This document shows positions 33,181 through 42,926 of a stretch of 64,000 nt of DNA, in pieces. Position numbers and translations under genes: made by a program. The notes under the pieces are model-generated. The model was not told the DNA's origin. It searched no databases and saw only the letters and a program-made list of their open reading frames with translations. The DNA is from Mycobacteriales bacterium (lineage in GTDB: Bacteria > Actinomycetota > Actinomycetes > Mycobacteriales > QHCA01). The first letter of the stretch is position 1, and each line of letters starts with the position of its first letter. The stretch is taken from positions 3,510-67,509 of the forward strand of contig JBBQNN010000001.1 in NCBI GenBank assembly GCA_038329965.1, written 5' to 3'.

Positions 33181-34127
33181 TGACGTTCCTCGCCGCGCAC
33201 TGGCTGCTGCTGCTCGTCGCCGTGGCCGCACTCGCCGCCGCCTATGTCGCCGTCGCCCTGCGGCGCAAGGTCTACGCGGTGCGGTTCACCAACCTCGCGC
33301 TGCTCAAGGCCGTGGCGCCGCGCACTCCTGGCTGGCGCCGGCATGTGGCCGCGGCGGCGTTCCTGCTCAGCCTGGTCGCCCTCGTGACCGCGCTGGCCCG
33401 CCCGGCCACCTTCGTCAAGATCCCGCGCGAGCGCGCCACGGTGATGGTCGCCATCGACGTGTCCCTGTCGATGCAGGCCGACGACGTCCGGCCGACGCGG
33501 ATCGCCGCGGCCAAGGCGGCGGCCAAGCAGTTCGTGGCCGAGCTGCCCAAGACGTTCAACGTCGGCCTGGTGTCCTTCGCCGGCACCGCGTCGGTCGCCA
33601 TCTCTCCCACCAAGGACCACGGCCAGGTGGCCGCGGCCATCCAGGACCTCACGCTGGCCGAGTCGACCGCGACCGGTGAGGCCGTCTTCGCTGCGCTCGG
33701 CGCGATCAAGGCAGTCGCCCCGGACGGAGCCCGGGGGGCCGCTCCCGGGCGCATCGTCCTGCTCTCCGACGGCTTCCGCACCGTCGGCCGCAGCAACGAC
33801 GAGGCAGTGGTCGCTGCCAAGGCGGCGCACGTCCCCGTGTCGACGATCGCCTTCGGCACCGACGAGGGCACGGTCGAGCTGCACGGCGAGCAGATCCAGG
33901 TCCCGGTCGACCGGGCGGCGCTGCGCCAGTTGGCCGAGTCGACCTCCGGCAAGTACTACTCGGCCGCGACCGGCAAGCAGTTGCGCTCGGTCTACCAGGA
34001 TCTCGGCAGCTCGATCGGCTACCACCGGCTGCCCCGCGAGGGCACCACCTGGTTCCTCGGGCTCGGTCTGCTGTTGGCCTTCGCGGCCGGCGCCATGTCC
34101 CTGCTGTGGACCTCGCGCCTGCCCTGA
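33180..34127 (+). CDS. VWA-domain membrane protein (BatA-like)
   Basis: N-terminal TM segments, a MIDAS-type motif DVSLSM, and a C-terminal TM. The ATG shares one base with the DUF58 stop. Confidence 0.88.
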   Translation: MTFLAAHWLLLLVAVAALAAAYVAVALRRKVYAVRFTNLALLKAVAPRTPGWRRHVAAAAFLLSLVALVTALARPATFVKIPRERATVMVAIDVSLSMQADDVRPTRIAAAKAAAKQFVAELPKTFNVGLVSFAGTASVAISPTKDHGQVAAAIQDLTLAESTATGEAVFAALGAIKAVAPDGARGAAPGRIVLLSDGFRTVGRSNDEAVVAAKAAHVPVSTIAFGTDEGTVELHGEQIQVPVDRAALRQLAESTSGKYYSAATGKQLRSVYQDLGSSIGYHRLPREGTTWFLGLGLLLAFAAGAMSLLWTSRLP

Positions 34128-34212
34128 TCGGCTTCCCGGTAGCGTCGGCATCCCCGGCCGGGCGGCATCACGAGCAGGCCGGTCCGCAGGGGGCCGATTC
34201 GCAGGAGGAACA

Positions 34213-34917
34213 GTGGCGCGCTCGGTGCTGGTGACCGGAGGCAACCGGGGCATCGGTCTGGCGACCGCACGGGCCTTCGCCACCCTGGGTGACCGGGTGG
34301 CGATCACCCACCGCGGCAGCGACGTGCCGGAGGACCTGTTCGGCGTGCGCTGCGACGTGACCGACTCCGGGCAGGTCGACGCGGCGTTCGCCGCCGTCGA
34401 GACCGAGCACGGGCCGGTCGAGGTGCTCGTGTCCAATGCCGGGCTGACCGACGACGGCCTGCTACTGCGGATGAGCGAGGAGCAGTTCACCCGGGTGGTG
34501 GACGCCAACCTCACCGGCGCCTACCGGGTCGCCAAGCGGGCCGCGCGTGGCATGCTGCGGGCGCGCAGCGGCCGGATGATCTTCATCTCCTCGGTGGTCG
34601 GCATGGCCGGATCCGCCGGCCAGGTCAACTACGCGGCCTCCAAGGCCGGCCTGGTCGGGCTGGCCCGGTCGATCGCCCGGGAGCTGGGCTCCCGCAGCAT
34701 CACCGCCAACGTCGTGGCACCCGGTTTCGTGGAGACCGACATGACGGCCGACCTGCCGGCCGAGCGCACGCGGGAGATCCTGGCCGGCGTGCCGCTGGGC
34801 CGCTTCGCCCATCCTGACGAGGTGGCCGGCGCGGTCACCTGGCTGGCCGGCGACAATGCCGCGTACGTCAGCGGGGCGATCATCCCCGTCGACGGCGGCC
34901 TCGGCATGGGGCACTGA
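34213..34917 (+). CDS. fabG1: 3-oxoacyl-ACP reductase (FabG1/MabA type)
   Basis: GTG 34213 follows AGGAGG. VLVTGGNRGIG, YAASKAG and PGFVETDMT motifs. Directly upstream of inhA, as in mycobacteria. Confidence 0.92.
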   Translation: MARSVLVTGGNRGIGLATARAFATLGDRVAITHRGSDVPEDLFGVRCDVTDSGQVDAAFAAVETEHGPVEVLVSNAGLTDDGLLLRMSEEQFTRVVDANLTGAYRVAKRAARGMLRARSGRMIFISSVVGMAGSAGQVNYAASKAGLVGLARSIARELGSRSITANVVAPGFVETDMTADLPAERTREILAGVPLGRFAHPDEVAGAVTWLAGDNAAYVSGAIIPVDGGLGMGH

Positions 34918-34963
34918 CCATTCCGGACCGCCACAGATTCAAGCGACAGATTGGAGACCGACC

Positions 34964-35734
34964 GTGACCGGCCTGCTCGAAGGCAAGAACGTGCTCGTCA
35001 CCGGCGTGCTGACCGAGGCCTCGATCGCGTTCAGCGTGGCCAAGCAGGCGCAGGAACAGGGCGCGCGGATCGTGCTCACCGGATTCGGCCGGGGGCTGTC
35101 GATCACCGGACGGATCGCCAAGCGGCTGGCCGACCCCCCACCCGTCCTCGAACTCGACGTCACAGACGAGGAGCAGCTGGGCTCGCTGGCCGACCGGATC
35201 CGCGAGCACCTGCCGAGCCTCGACGGCGTGGTGCATGCGATCGGCTTCGCCCCTCAGACGGCAATGGGCGACGGCTTCGTCGACGTGCCGTGGGACGACG
35301 TCGCGGTGGCCGTTCGGGCGTCCACCTGGTCGCTGGCCTCGCTGATCCGGGCCGCCCGGCCGCTCTTCGGCGAGCACGCATCCGTCGTCGGCCTCGACTT
35401 CGACGCCACTGTCGCCTGGCCGGCCTACGGCTGGATGGGCGTGGCCAAGGCTGGTATGGAGTCGGCCGCCCGCTACCTGGCCCGCGAGCTCGGGCCGCAC
35501 GGGGTCCGGATCAACCTCGTGGCCGCCGGCCCGCTGCGCACGATGGCGGCCAAGAGCATCCCCGGATTCGCCGACTTCGAGGAGGCGTGGGCCACCCGGG
35601 CGCCGCTGGGCTGGGACGTCGACGACGCGACACCGGCCGCGCGTGCCTGCATCGCGCTGCTGTCTGACTGGTTCCCGGCCACCACCGGCGAGATCGTGCA
35701 CGCCGACGGTGGTTTCCACGCCGTCGGCGTGTGA
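34964..35734 (+). CDS. inhA: NADH-dependent enoyl-ACP reductase (InhA/FabI)
   Basis: LLEGKNVLVTGV.TE.SIAF, YGWMGVAKAGMES and VAAGPLRT motifs. GTG 34964. Confidence 0.93.
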   Translation: MTGLLEGKNVLVTGVLTEASIAFSVAKQAQEQGARIVLTGFGRGLSITGRIAKRLADPPPVLELDVTDEEQLGSLADRIREHLPSLDGVVHAIGFAPQTAMGDGFVDVPWDDVAVAVRASTWSLASLIRAARPLFGEHASVVGLDFDATVAWPAYGWMGVAKAGMESAARYLARELGPHGVRINLVAAGPLRTMAAKSIPGFADFEEAWATRAPLGWDVDDATPAARACIALLSDWFPATTGEIVHADGGFHAVGV

Positions 35735-35743
35735 CCCCTGGGT

Positions 35744-36928
35744 TCAGACCAGGGCGTCGATGCCGTACACCGAGATGTAGGCCTTCCGCTGGGCGGCACT
35801 CGTCGAGACGGCGCTGAGCGAGGAGTTGGCCATCGTCAGGCGCAGGTTGTTGTCGAAGCCACGCACGCCGGCCGGCACGGTGAGGGTGAACGTCCGCAGC
35901 GTCCGGTCGGCCATGACGGTCCCCAGCGTCGCGGTGTGACCCCAATCCTGGAACACCGTGAGGCTGACCGGCAGCGCGTGCCCGGTGGGGGTCACGGCCT
36001 GCAGGGTGATCCTGACCTGTGTCACGTTGCGCAGGTCCAGGGCGTCCCGGAGGTAGAGCGAGCCCCAGGCCGCCGTGGGCCGGGACTGCGCGACGCTCCA
36101 GTGCATGGCGTTGTCCGCTGTGGAAGGCGAGTCGAACAGCGGCCCGGACGACCACAGGCCGGTCCCACTGAGCCCCGTGACCGCCCGGGTGTCGACGCCG
36201 GTCTCGAACGCGCCGAGTGAGTGCGTGCCGGTCACGACGTAGGCGTCTATCGGCATGCCCTGGGGCGGGTTGCGGCTGAGGCCGTAGGTGCGGCTGTAGG
36301 AGTTGACGAAGTCCATCGTGTTCCAGGCCTGCCCGCACGGCCAACCGGTCGCCGGGCGCATGTGGGCGCCGATGCCGACGTAGCGCATCGCCGGGTCGAG
36401 GATGTTGGCGCGGTGGTGGGCGCTGGCCATGTACGCATCGAAGAGTTGCCGGGGGTCGCAGGCCGACCCGTAGCCCACGTTCTCGGCCATCGCCGTCCAG
36501 CCGGCCGAGCCGGCGGCCGCGACGTTGGCGACCATGTTGGGGTTGTGGCCGAGCACGCTCGACCCGGCGATGGTGGCGCTCCAGCGCCGCGCGACGTCGG
36601 TCGTGCCTGGCACCATCGTCAGGGGGCTGCGACCGGCAGCGGCCCTGGCGGAGTTCACGTAACCGAGCAGTGCCGCCTCGTAGCCGTTGACCCGGCCCGC
36701 GGAGTTGTTCCAGGCGAACGCCGCGTCGGCGCGGCGGGCGGGCGCGACGGCGGTCAGACCGGCCACGAGCGTGCACAGCAGCACGAGAAGGCCGAGCGGC
36801 CTGCGGCAGGCGTGGGCGGTCAGCGGACACCTCGCTTCGTGGGGACACGACAGGCATCGGGGTCGCCAAGGGTCGTCTTGACCCACCACGGGGCCACCGA
36901 GCGTGGCGCTCACCCGACTGGCCCACAC
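35744..36928 (-). CDS. Secreted CAP/SCP (PR-1-like) domain protein with an unassigned ~200-aa C-terminal domain; start uncertain (in-frame GTGs at 36913, 36889 and 36886)
   Basis: Signal/TM segment [23 protein letters not shown]. The CAP core is [10 protein letters not shown]...GHNP...[12 protein letters not shown]...YVGIG. Confidence 0.75.
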   Translation of the reverse strand: MWASRVSATLGGPVVGQDDPWRPRCLSCPHEARCPLTAHACRRPLGLLVLLCTLVAGLTAVAPARRADAAFAWNNSAGRVNGYEAALLGYVNSARAAAGRSPLTMVPGTTDVARRWSATIAGSSVLGHNPNMVANVAAAGSAGWTAMAENVGYGSACDPRQLFDAYMASAHHRANILDPAMRYVGIGAHMRPATGWPCGQAWNTMDFVNSYSRTYGLSRNPPQGMPIDAYVVTGTHSLGAFETGVDTRAVTGLSGTGLWSSGPLFDSPSTADNAMHWSVAQSRPTAAWGSLYLRDALDLRNVTQVRITLQAVTPTGHALPVSLTVFQDWGHTATLGTVMADRTLRTFTLTVPAGVRGFDNNLRLTMANSSLSAVSTSAAQRKAYISVYGIDALV

Positions 36929-37979
36929 TGTGGAGGTGCCTGACGCCTACGACGCGCTGCTGCTGGTGTCGTTCGGGGGTCCCGACGGCCCCGACGACGT
37001 CCTCCCCTTCCTGCAGAACGTCACCCGCGGCCGGGGCATCCCCGACGCGCGCCTCCTGGAGGTGGCCGAGCACTACCGGCACTTCGGTGGCGTTTCCCCG
37101 ATCAACGCCGCCAACCGGGCACTGCTGATGGGGGTTCAGGACGATTTCGCCGTCGCCGCACTCGACCTGCCGGTCTACTGGGGCAACCGCAACTGGCACC
37201 CGTACCTGCGCGACACGGTCGCGGAGATGGCGCGGGCAGGAGTACGCCGGTCGCTGGCGTTCGTCACCTCCGCGTACTCGTCCTATTCGGGCTGCCGGCA
37301 GTACCAGGACGACATTGCGGCGGCCCGGTCGGCCGCGGGACCGGATGCGCCGGTAGTGGACAAGCTGCGGCACTACTTCAACCATCCCGGGTTCATCGAG
37401 CCCAGCGCCGATGCCGTACGGAACGCGCTGGCGGACCTGCCCTCGGAACGCCGCAAGACGTGTCTGGTGTTCACGGCGCACAGCATCCCGACGGCCATGG
37501 CCGTGGCCAGCGGCCCCGAGGGCGGCCTGTACGTCCGACAGTTGCGGGCCGCGGCCGCCCTGGTCGCCGCCGCGGCGGCGCCGGACCTCGCCTGGGACCT
37601 GGTCTGGCAGAGCCGCAGCGGGCCGCCGGAGGTGCCGTGGCTGGAGCCCGACGTCAACGACCATCTGCGGTCGCTCGCCGTTCAGGGCCGTACCGCCGTG
37701 GTGGTCAGCCCGATCGGATTTGTCAGCGATCACGTGGAGGTGGTGTGGGACCTCGACACCGAAGCGGCCGCGACCGCGGCCGGTCTCGGTCTGGGGTTTC
37801 GCCGGGCCGCGACGGCCGGTGCCGACCCGCGGTTCGTCGCCATGGTGCGGGAGCTGGTTCAGGAGCGCATCACGCCCGGCGTCGACCGGCGGGCCCTGGG
37901 CGCGCTCGGGTCCAGTCGCGACTACTGCCCGGTGGGCTGCTGCCCCGCCCCGGTCCGCCGCCCGGTCCCGCCGAACTAG
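36903..37979 (+). CDS. hemH: Ferrochelatase (actinobacterial coproporphyrin type with C-terminal Fe-S Cys motif)
   Basis: [19 protein letters not shown] and [11 protein letters not shown] motifs, with a C-terminal CPVGCCP. Confidence 0.92.
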   Translation: MALTRLAHTVEVPDAYDALLLVSFGGPDGPDDVLPFLQNVTRGRGIPDARLLEVAEHYRHFGGVSPINAANRALLMGVQDDFAVAALDLPVYWGNRNWHPYLRDTVAEMARAGVRRSLAFVTSAYSSYSGCRQYQDDIAAARSAAGPDAPVVDKLRHYFNHPGFIEPSADAVRNALADLPSERRKTCLVFTAHSIPTAMAVASGPEGGLYVRQLRAAAALVAAAAAPDLAWDLVWQSRSGPPEVPWLEPDVNDHLRSLAVQGRTAVVVSPIGFVSDHVEVVWDLDTEAAATAAGLGLGFRRAATAGADPRFVAMVRELVQERITPGVDRRALGALGSSRDYCPVGCCPAPVRRPVPPN

Positions 37980-38677
37980 CTGGTCAGCTCGGTGTTGTAG
38001 GCCGCCAGCCGGGCCCGGCGGGCTGCCGCCGCGACCGGCCGCAGGAGGTCGTCGCGCTGCACCGCCGCACTGGCGGTCACGGCGGCGCCGGGGGCGTCGG
38101 CAGCGGCGAGCCGCAGGATGTCCCCGATCCGGTCGGCGAGTGCGAGCAGGCGGTGCGCGCGGGCCGGGTAGCCCGGTGGCAGTCCGGCATCTGAGGCGGG
38201 CCGGCGGATCGCGGCGAGGGCGCCGGCCAGCTCCGGTCGCAGCCCGGCCACGTCGAGCCGCCCCAGCGCCGAGGCTGAATCACGCAGGGCCTCCGCCAGC
38301 TCGGCATCGGCGTCGGCGAGGGGCACGAGATCTGGTGTGGCGGCCGGTACGGCGTAGCTGTGCCACAGGACGGTCGGCGGGATCGCCTCCGGCACCAGCC
38401 CCCACCCGCCGGCCAGCACCGCCTCGCCCGCCGCGAGGGCGTGGCTGGTGTACGGGCCGGGGCCGGGCAGGCCGCGCGGATCGCCCGGTACGGGCAGGAC
38501 CAGCCGGGGCCGGTCGGCGCGTACCTCCATCAGTAGGCGCCCCAGGGCGACGTCACCGATGGCGCCGGTGACGCGGTGCGGCTGGCCGCCGGCCTGCACG
38601 ACGTCCAGCACCTCGTCGTAGGACACCAAACCCGCCTGCCACGAGCGGGTCCAGGCAACCAGCAGTCCCGAGCGCAT
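37976..38677 (-). CDS. Conserved hypothetical protein (position equivalent to Mtb Rv1486c)
   Basis: 233-aa ORF with coding-like composition. Its 3' end overlaps the ferrochelatase stop by 4 nt (CTAG). No domain recognised. Confidence 0.6.
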   Translation of the reverse strand: MRSGLLVAWTRSWQAGLVSYDEVLDVVQAGGQPHRVTGAIGDVALGRLLMEVRADRPRLVLPVPGDPRGLPGPGPYTSHALAAGEAVLAGGWGLVPEAIPPTVLWHSYAVPAATPDLVPLADADAELAEALRDSASALGRLDVAGLRPELAGALAAIRRPASDAGLPPGYPARAHRLLALADRIGDILRLAAADAPGAAVTASAAVQRDDLLRPVAAAARRARLAAYNTELTS

Positions 38678-38784
38678 GTAGCGCAGCTAAGCATCTCGGG
38701 GCCGAGACCTCGCAGCGACGCGTCGCGATCGGGCCGCCGCGCCGGGTGGGGGACCATAGGCCCCGGCTCGCGCGTTGTGCTGGC

Positions 38785-39225
38785 ATGATGCACGGCGTGC
38801 CCGCTTGGTTGATCTGGGTCATCGCCGCCGCCGTACTGGTCGGCGGTGAGTTGCTGTCCCTTGACCTGGTGCTGATCATGTTCGCCGGCGGGGCCGGCGT
38901 GGCAGCGGCGGCAGCGGGGCTTGGCGCCCCTCCGCTGCTGCAGGCGATCGTCTTCGCTGTCGTCTCCATCGGCCTGCTGCTGGGTGCGCGCCCGGTCGCC
39001 CGGCGGCACATGACCGTAGGCCGCACGCGCACCGGCATCGAGGCGCTGAGCGGGGCGCAGGCGCTGGTGCTGGAGCCGGTCGACCGCCACACCGGACGGG
39101 TGAAAATCGGCGGCGAGGTCTGGACCGCCCGCTCGTATGACGAGACAGAGACGTTCGCCGTCGGCGAGCACGTCCACGTGATGGAAATCTCCGGCGCGAC
39201 CGCGCTGGTCTGGAGGCAGCCGTAA
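38785..39225 (+). CDS. NfeD-family membrane protein
   Basis: Two N-terminal TM segments plus a C-terminal OB-like GRVKIGGEVWTARS. The stop shares one base with the ATG of the SPFH gene. Confidence 0.8.
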   Translation: MMHGVPAWLIWVIAAAVLVGGELLSLDLVLIMFAGGAGVAAAAAGLGAPPLLQAIVFAVVSIGLLLGARPVARRHMTVGRTRTGIEALSGAQALVLEPVDRHTGRVKIGGEVWTARSYDETETFAVGEHVHVMEISGATALVWRQP

Positions 39226-40274
39226 TGCCCGGTCTCATCGTCGCGCTGGTGATCGTCGTGCTGGCGATCGTGCTGGTCGCGCGCACCGTGCGGATCATCC
39301 CGCAGGCGCGGGCGGCCGTGGTCGAGCGGCTCGGCCGCTACAGCCGCACACTCGCGCCGGGCCTGGCCGTCGTCGTGCCGATGGTCGACCGGGTGCGCCC
39401 CCTGATCGACCTCCGCGAGCAGGTGGTGTCCTTCCCGCCCCAGCCGGTGATCACCAGTGACAACCTCGTGGTCGGCATCGACACGGTCATCTACTTCCAG
39501 GTCACCGACCCGCGAGCGGCCACGTACGAGATCGCCAACTACATCCAGGCCATCGAGCAGCTCACCGTGACCACGCTGCGCAACGTCATCGGCGCGATGG
39601 AGCTCGAGGCGACCCTGACCAGCCGCGACCACATCAACAGCCAGCTCAGAGGCGTCCTCGACGAGGCGACCGGCAAGTGGGGCATCCGGGTCAACCGGGT
39701 CGAGCTCAAGGCGATCGACCCGCCGCGCTCGATCCAGGAGGCCATGGAGAAGCAGATGCGCGCCGACCGCGACAAGCGGGCCGCCATCCTGCAGGCCGAA
39801 GGCCAGAAGCAGTCCCAGATCCTCACCGCCGAGGGCGAGAAGCAGTCGGCGATCCTGCGGGCGCAGGGCGACCGGGAGGCTCGCGTCCTGCAGGCCGAGG
39901 GCCAGTCCAAGGCGATCGAGACGGTGTTCGCCGCGATCCACGCCGGCGACCCCGACCCCAAGCTGCTGGCCTACCAGTACCTGCAGATGCTGCCGCAGAT
40001 CGCCCAGGGCGACGCCAACAAGCTCTGGATCGTCCCTTCGGAGCTGGGGGAGGCGCTCAAGGGGCTCGGCGGCCTGCTCGGCCGGGGCATCGACGACGGC
40101 CCGTCACCGCCTCGCCCCCGGCCGGCGCCGAGGCCGGACTCCGGCCCGTCGCAGGCCGTGCTCGAAGCGGAGGCGGCGGCTCAGCAGGCGCAGCAGGCGG
40201 CCAACGAGGCGGCCACTCCCGGGCCGGACTTCAGTGCCGGCATGTCCAACCCGCCCGGTCAGCCGCCCGCGTAG
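39225..40274 (+). CDS. SPFH/band-7 (stomatin-like) protein
   Basis: An N-terminal TM segment, the SPFH core (IIPQARAAVVERLGRY...TSDNL...), and the repeated AEG(Q/E)KQS coiled coil. Confidence 0.92.
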   Translation: MPGLIVALVIVVLAIVLVARTVRIIPQARAAVVERLGRYSRTLAPGLAVVVPMVDRVRPLIDLREQVVSFPPQPVITSDNLVVGIDTVIYFQVTDPRAATYEIANYIQAIEQLTVTTLRNVIGAMELEATLTSRDHINSQLRGVLDEATGKWGIRVNRVELKAIDPPRSIQEAMEKQMRADRDKRAAILQAEGQKQSQILTAEGEKQSAILRAQGDREARVLQAEGQSKAIETVFAAIHAGDPDPKLLAYQYLQMLPQIAQGDANKLWIVPSELGEALKGLGGLLGRGIDDGPSPPRPRPAPRPDSGPSQAVLEAEAAAQQAQQAANEAATPGPDFSAGMSNPPGQPPA

Positions 40275-41350
40275 CGGGCAGCCAGCGCCACGACCATGTC
40301 GACGTACCACTGCGCGTGGTTGTAGCGGAACACCGCATCGCGCACCCCGGCCGGGCCCATGCCGGCGTGGTTCGCGCAGAGGTAGTGGGCGGCGGTGTAG
40401 ATGGCGTCGGCCGGGCTGTCGATGTCGAGGTGGCCGTCGTGGTCCCCGTCGACCGCATAGGCGGCGAAGGTGGCCGGCAGGAACTGCATCGGCCCGCGGG
40501 CGCCGGCCGACGAGGTGCCGGGGTTGCGCCCGTGGCCGGACTCGACCTGGCCGATGGCTGCCAGCAGCGACCAGGACATGCCCGGGCAGGTCGGTGCCGC
40601 CAGGTGGTACAGGCCGAAGTAGAGCGCTGATCCGGGCAGCGGCCCGATCCGCTGGATCCCACTGGAGGTGATCCGAGCGGCTGCCGCCTGCGCGGCGGCC
40701 AGCGCCGCAGCGGCGACCTCGGCGGCCCGTTGCCGGCGCACGGTCGCGTCGGCGGTTGCGAGCAGCGCCGTCTGCTGGTCGAGCAGCGCCTGCAGGGAAT
40801 TGGCCGCGAGGCTCACATCCTTGGCCGTGCTGATGCTGGCCAGTGCCTGTGTCCGGGCTGCTGTGGCGGCCTTGCGGGCGCCCACGGCGGCGGTGGCCTG
40901 ACCGGCGGCCGAGGCCTGCCCGGTGAAGACGAGATGCTGCATGGCACCGACCCTGCTGGTCAGGTCGACCAGGCTGTGCGAGGTCACCAGCGACGCAAAC
41001 AGGCCGGCCCGGCCGCCGGAGATGTAGAGGACGCGCACCCGCTGGTCGACGGTGTCCTGTGCCGTGAGAGCCGTCTGCTCGTCGGAGCGCTGCTGCGCCG
41101 CGGCGGTCGCGGCGGTGTTGACGTCGGCGGACACCCTGCCCAGAGCTGCCTGGTAGCGCTGCAGTGCGAGATCGGTCCGGCCCTGCAGGACGTGCATGCG
41201 GGCGGCGAGCACGGCGGCCCGGCCGGCCGCCTCGCGGGAGGTGTCCGCGGCGGCCGGCCCCGCCGTCGCGGCGGCGGTCAGGGTCGCCGTCATGCCGGCC
41301 GTCACCACCACGGCCAGCAGCTTGGCGGGCCACGTACGAGAGGACGTCAC
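40259..41350 (-). CDS. Secreted lytic transglycosylase-domain protein with a long N-terminal coiled coil
   Basis: Signal peptide, ~220 aa of Ala/Gln-rich coiled coil, then LLAAIGQVESGHGRN...GPMQFLP...YNHAQWYV (transglycosylase SLT_2-like). Confidence 0.85.
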   Translation of the reverse strand: MTSSRTWPAKLLAVVVTAGMTATLTAAATAGPAAADTSREAAGRAAVLAARMHVLQGRTDLALQRYQAALGRVSADVNTAATAAAQQRSDEQTALTAQDTVDQRVRVLYISGGRAGLFASLVTSHSLVDLTSRVGAMQHLVFTGQASAAGQATAAVGARKAATAARTQALASISTAKDVSLAANSLQALLDQQTALLATADATVRRQRAAEVAAAALAAAQAAAARITSSGIQRIGPLPGSALYFGLYHLAAPTCPGMSWSLLAAIGQVESGHGRNPGTSSAGARGPMQFLPATFAAYAVDGDHDGHLDIDSPADAIYTAAHYLCANHAGMGPAGVRDAVFRYNHAQWYVDMVVALAARYAGG

Positions 41351-41427
41351 GCCTCGTTCGTCGGCCGCGCACGGCGCCGGCTTGACCCGCCCTGCGCGCG
41401 GATGGGCGTCGGGAGCACGATTCAGCA

Positions 41428-42267
41428 GTGCCGCCCGTCGACATCACCGATCCCGACGACCCCCGGGTCGGCGACTACCTGTGCCTGACCGACGTCGACC
41501 TGCGGACAAAGTTCGAGCCGCCGAGGGGGCTGTTCATCGCCGAGGGTGAGCTGGTGATCCGCCGGGCCGTCCGGGCCGGCTACCGGCTGCGCTCGGTGCT
41601 CCTGAGCCCGGCCTGGTTGCGGTCACTCCCCAGGTTGGGCCTCCCGCCGGACACGCCCCTCTACGTCGCCGGGGCCGCGGTGCTTGAGGCGATCACCGGC
41701 TTCCGGGTCCACCGGGGCGCGCTGGCCTCGGTGCACCGCCGGCCGTTGCCGCCACCGACCGCCCTGCTGTCGGTGGCGCGCCGGGTCGCCGTGCTCGAGG
41801 ACGTCAACACGCATACGAACGTCGGGGCCATCTTCCGGTGCGCGGCCGCGCTCGGGATGGACGCCGTACTGCTCAGCCCGTCCTGTGCCGACCCGCTTTA
41901 CCGGCGGGCGGTACGCGTGTCGATGGGTGAGGTGTTCGCCGTGCCGTACGCCAGGCTGGAGTCCTGGCCGGCCGATCTGGACCTGCTCCGCGAGGCCCAG
42001 TTCCGGCTGCTGGCCCTGACCCCGGACCCGGCCGCCACGGCTCTGGACGATGCCGGGCTGTCCGCGACCGGCCCGGCGGCGCTGCTCCTGGGTGCCGAGG
42101 GGCCGGGCCTGTCGCCGGCGGCGCTGGGTCGCGTCGATCAGCGGGTACGGATCCCGATGTCGGCCGGCGTGGACTCGCTCAATGTGGCCGCGGCCGCGGC
42201 CGTGGCCTTCTACGTGCTCGGCCGCCGCGGCGCCGCCGGACCGGGTGCGGGCGACTCTTCCCGATGA
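41428..42267 (+). CDS. TrmH/SpoU-family RNA 2'-O-methyltransferase
   Basis: LEDVNTHTNVGAIFR, LLLGAEGPGLS, IPM and VDSLNVAAAAAVA SPOUT motifs. Confidence 0.88.
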   Translation: MPPVDITDPDDPRVGDYLCLTDVDLRTKFEPPRGLFIAEGELVIRRAVRAGYRLRSVLLSPAWLRSLPRLGLPPDTPLYVAGAAVLEAITGFRVHRGALASVHRRPLPPPTALLSVARRVAVLEDVNTHTNVGAIFRCAAALGMDAVLLSPSCADPLYRRAVRVSMGEVFAVPYARLESWPADLDLLREAQFRLLALTPDPAATALDDAGLSATGPAALLLGAEGPGLSPAALGRVDQRVRIPMSAGVDSLNVAAAAAVAFYVLGRRGAAGPGAGDSSR

Positions 42268-42316
42268 GCCCGTCGGAGGGTGGCCGCGTGGCAGGAGTCG
42301 CCGTTCGGTGAGTTCC

Positions 42317-42832
42317 TCACGGCGCCCGCCGCTCCACGAACACGACGTCGCGCCATCGGTCACCGTGCCGCCCGAGGCGTTCGCGCACGCCGACGACGCG
42401 GAACCCGGCCCGTTCGTGCAGGCGCAGGCTGGCGGTGTTCTCCGGGAAGATCCCGCTCTGCAAGGTCCAGACGCCGGCCTGTTCGGTCGAGGTGACGAGG
42501 CGGTCGAGCAGCCGCCGGCCCGTGCCGCTGCCGCGCGCCGCCGGGTCGACGTACACGCTGTGCTCCGCAACCCCGGCGTAGACCGGGCGGTCGCTCACCC
42601 TGCTGATCGCGGCCCAGCCGAGCACCCCGCCGTCGGCGTCGACGGCGCACCAGCGGTGTGCGGCCAGGTGGCGCGCGTCCCACCCGGCCCAGTCCGGCGC
42701 GTGCGTCTCGAAGCTGGCGTTGCCGGTGTCCAGGCCGGCCTGGTAGATGCGCAGGACCTCGTCGTGGTGCTCCGGTGCCATCGGCACGACCTGAACCTCC
42801 GGAGTGTCCTCGTGTTCACCCGGCCGCCACAT
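42317..42832 (-). CDS. GNAT N-acetyltransferase, phosphinothricin-acetyltransferase-like
   Basis: GNASFET, AEHSVYVDPAARGSGTGRRLL, NTASLRLHERAGFRVVG...RWRDVV. Confidence 0.85.
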   Translation of the reverse strand: MWRPGEHEDTPEVQVVPMAPEHHDEVLRIYQAGLDTGNASFETHAPDWAGWDARHLAAHRWCAVDADGGVLGWAAISRVSDRPVYAGVAEHSVYVDPAARGSGTGRRLLDRLVTSTEQAGVWTLQSGIFPENTASLRLHERAGFRVVGVRERLGRHGDRWRDVVFVERRAP

Positions 42833-42926
42833 GAGGTGTTCGCACCTCCCATCGCTCTGGTGTCGCGCCCCGCTACCATGTCCCGGTCGGGGATTCGCCT
42901 CGTCCGGGTGAAAGGCTAGGTGTCCC

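Noticed and set aside
30847-33231. Very long ORFs antisense to or out of frame with well-supported genes. Examples are 30847-33231(-) 794 aa, 35511-37733(-) 740 aa, 45200-47506(-) 768 aa, 58098-60464(-) 788 aa, 16121-18019(-) 632 aa and 54029-55789(+) 586 aa.
   Set aside because: All are Arg/Pro/Gly/Ala-rich with no recognisable motifs. They overlap genes that have clear family signatures. Long stop-free alternative frames are expected in DNA this GC-rich.
38701-38740. The palindrome GCGACGCGTCGC in the Rv1486c-like/NfeD divergent region contains the same AGCGACG/CGTCGC words as the 60-nt repeat.
   Set aside because: The flanks show none of the repeat's other features, with no GGAAAA core, no TCCSGGA arms and no 14-nt loop. 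It is probably an unrelated GC-rich palindrome or operator.
42833-42926. A possible second DosR box upstream of the metallophosphoesterase-dosR pair.
   Set aside because: Only isolated GTCCC half-sites are present (near 42879 and 42922). The matching GGGAC half at the required spacing is missing; the best candidate, AGGCTAGGTGTCCC, matches about 2/5 of the left half.
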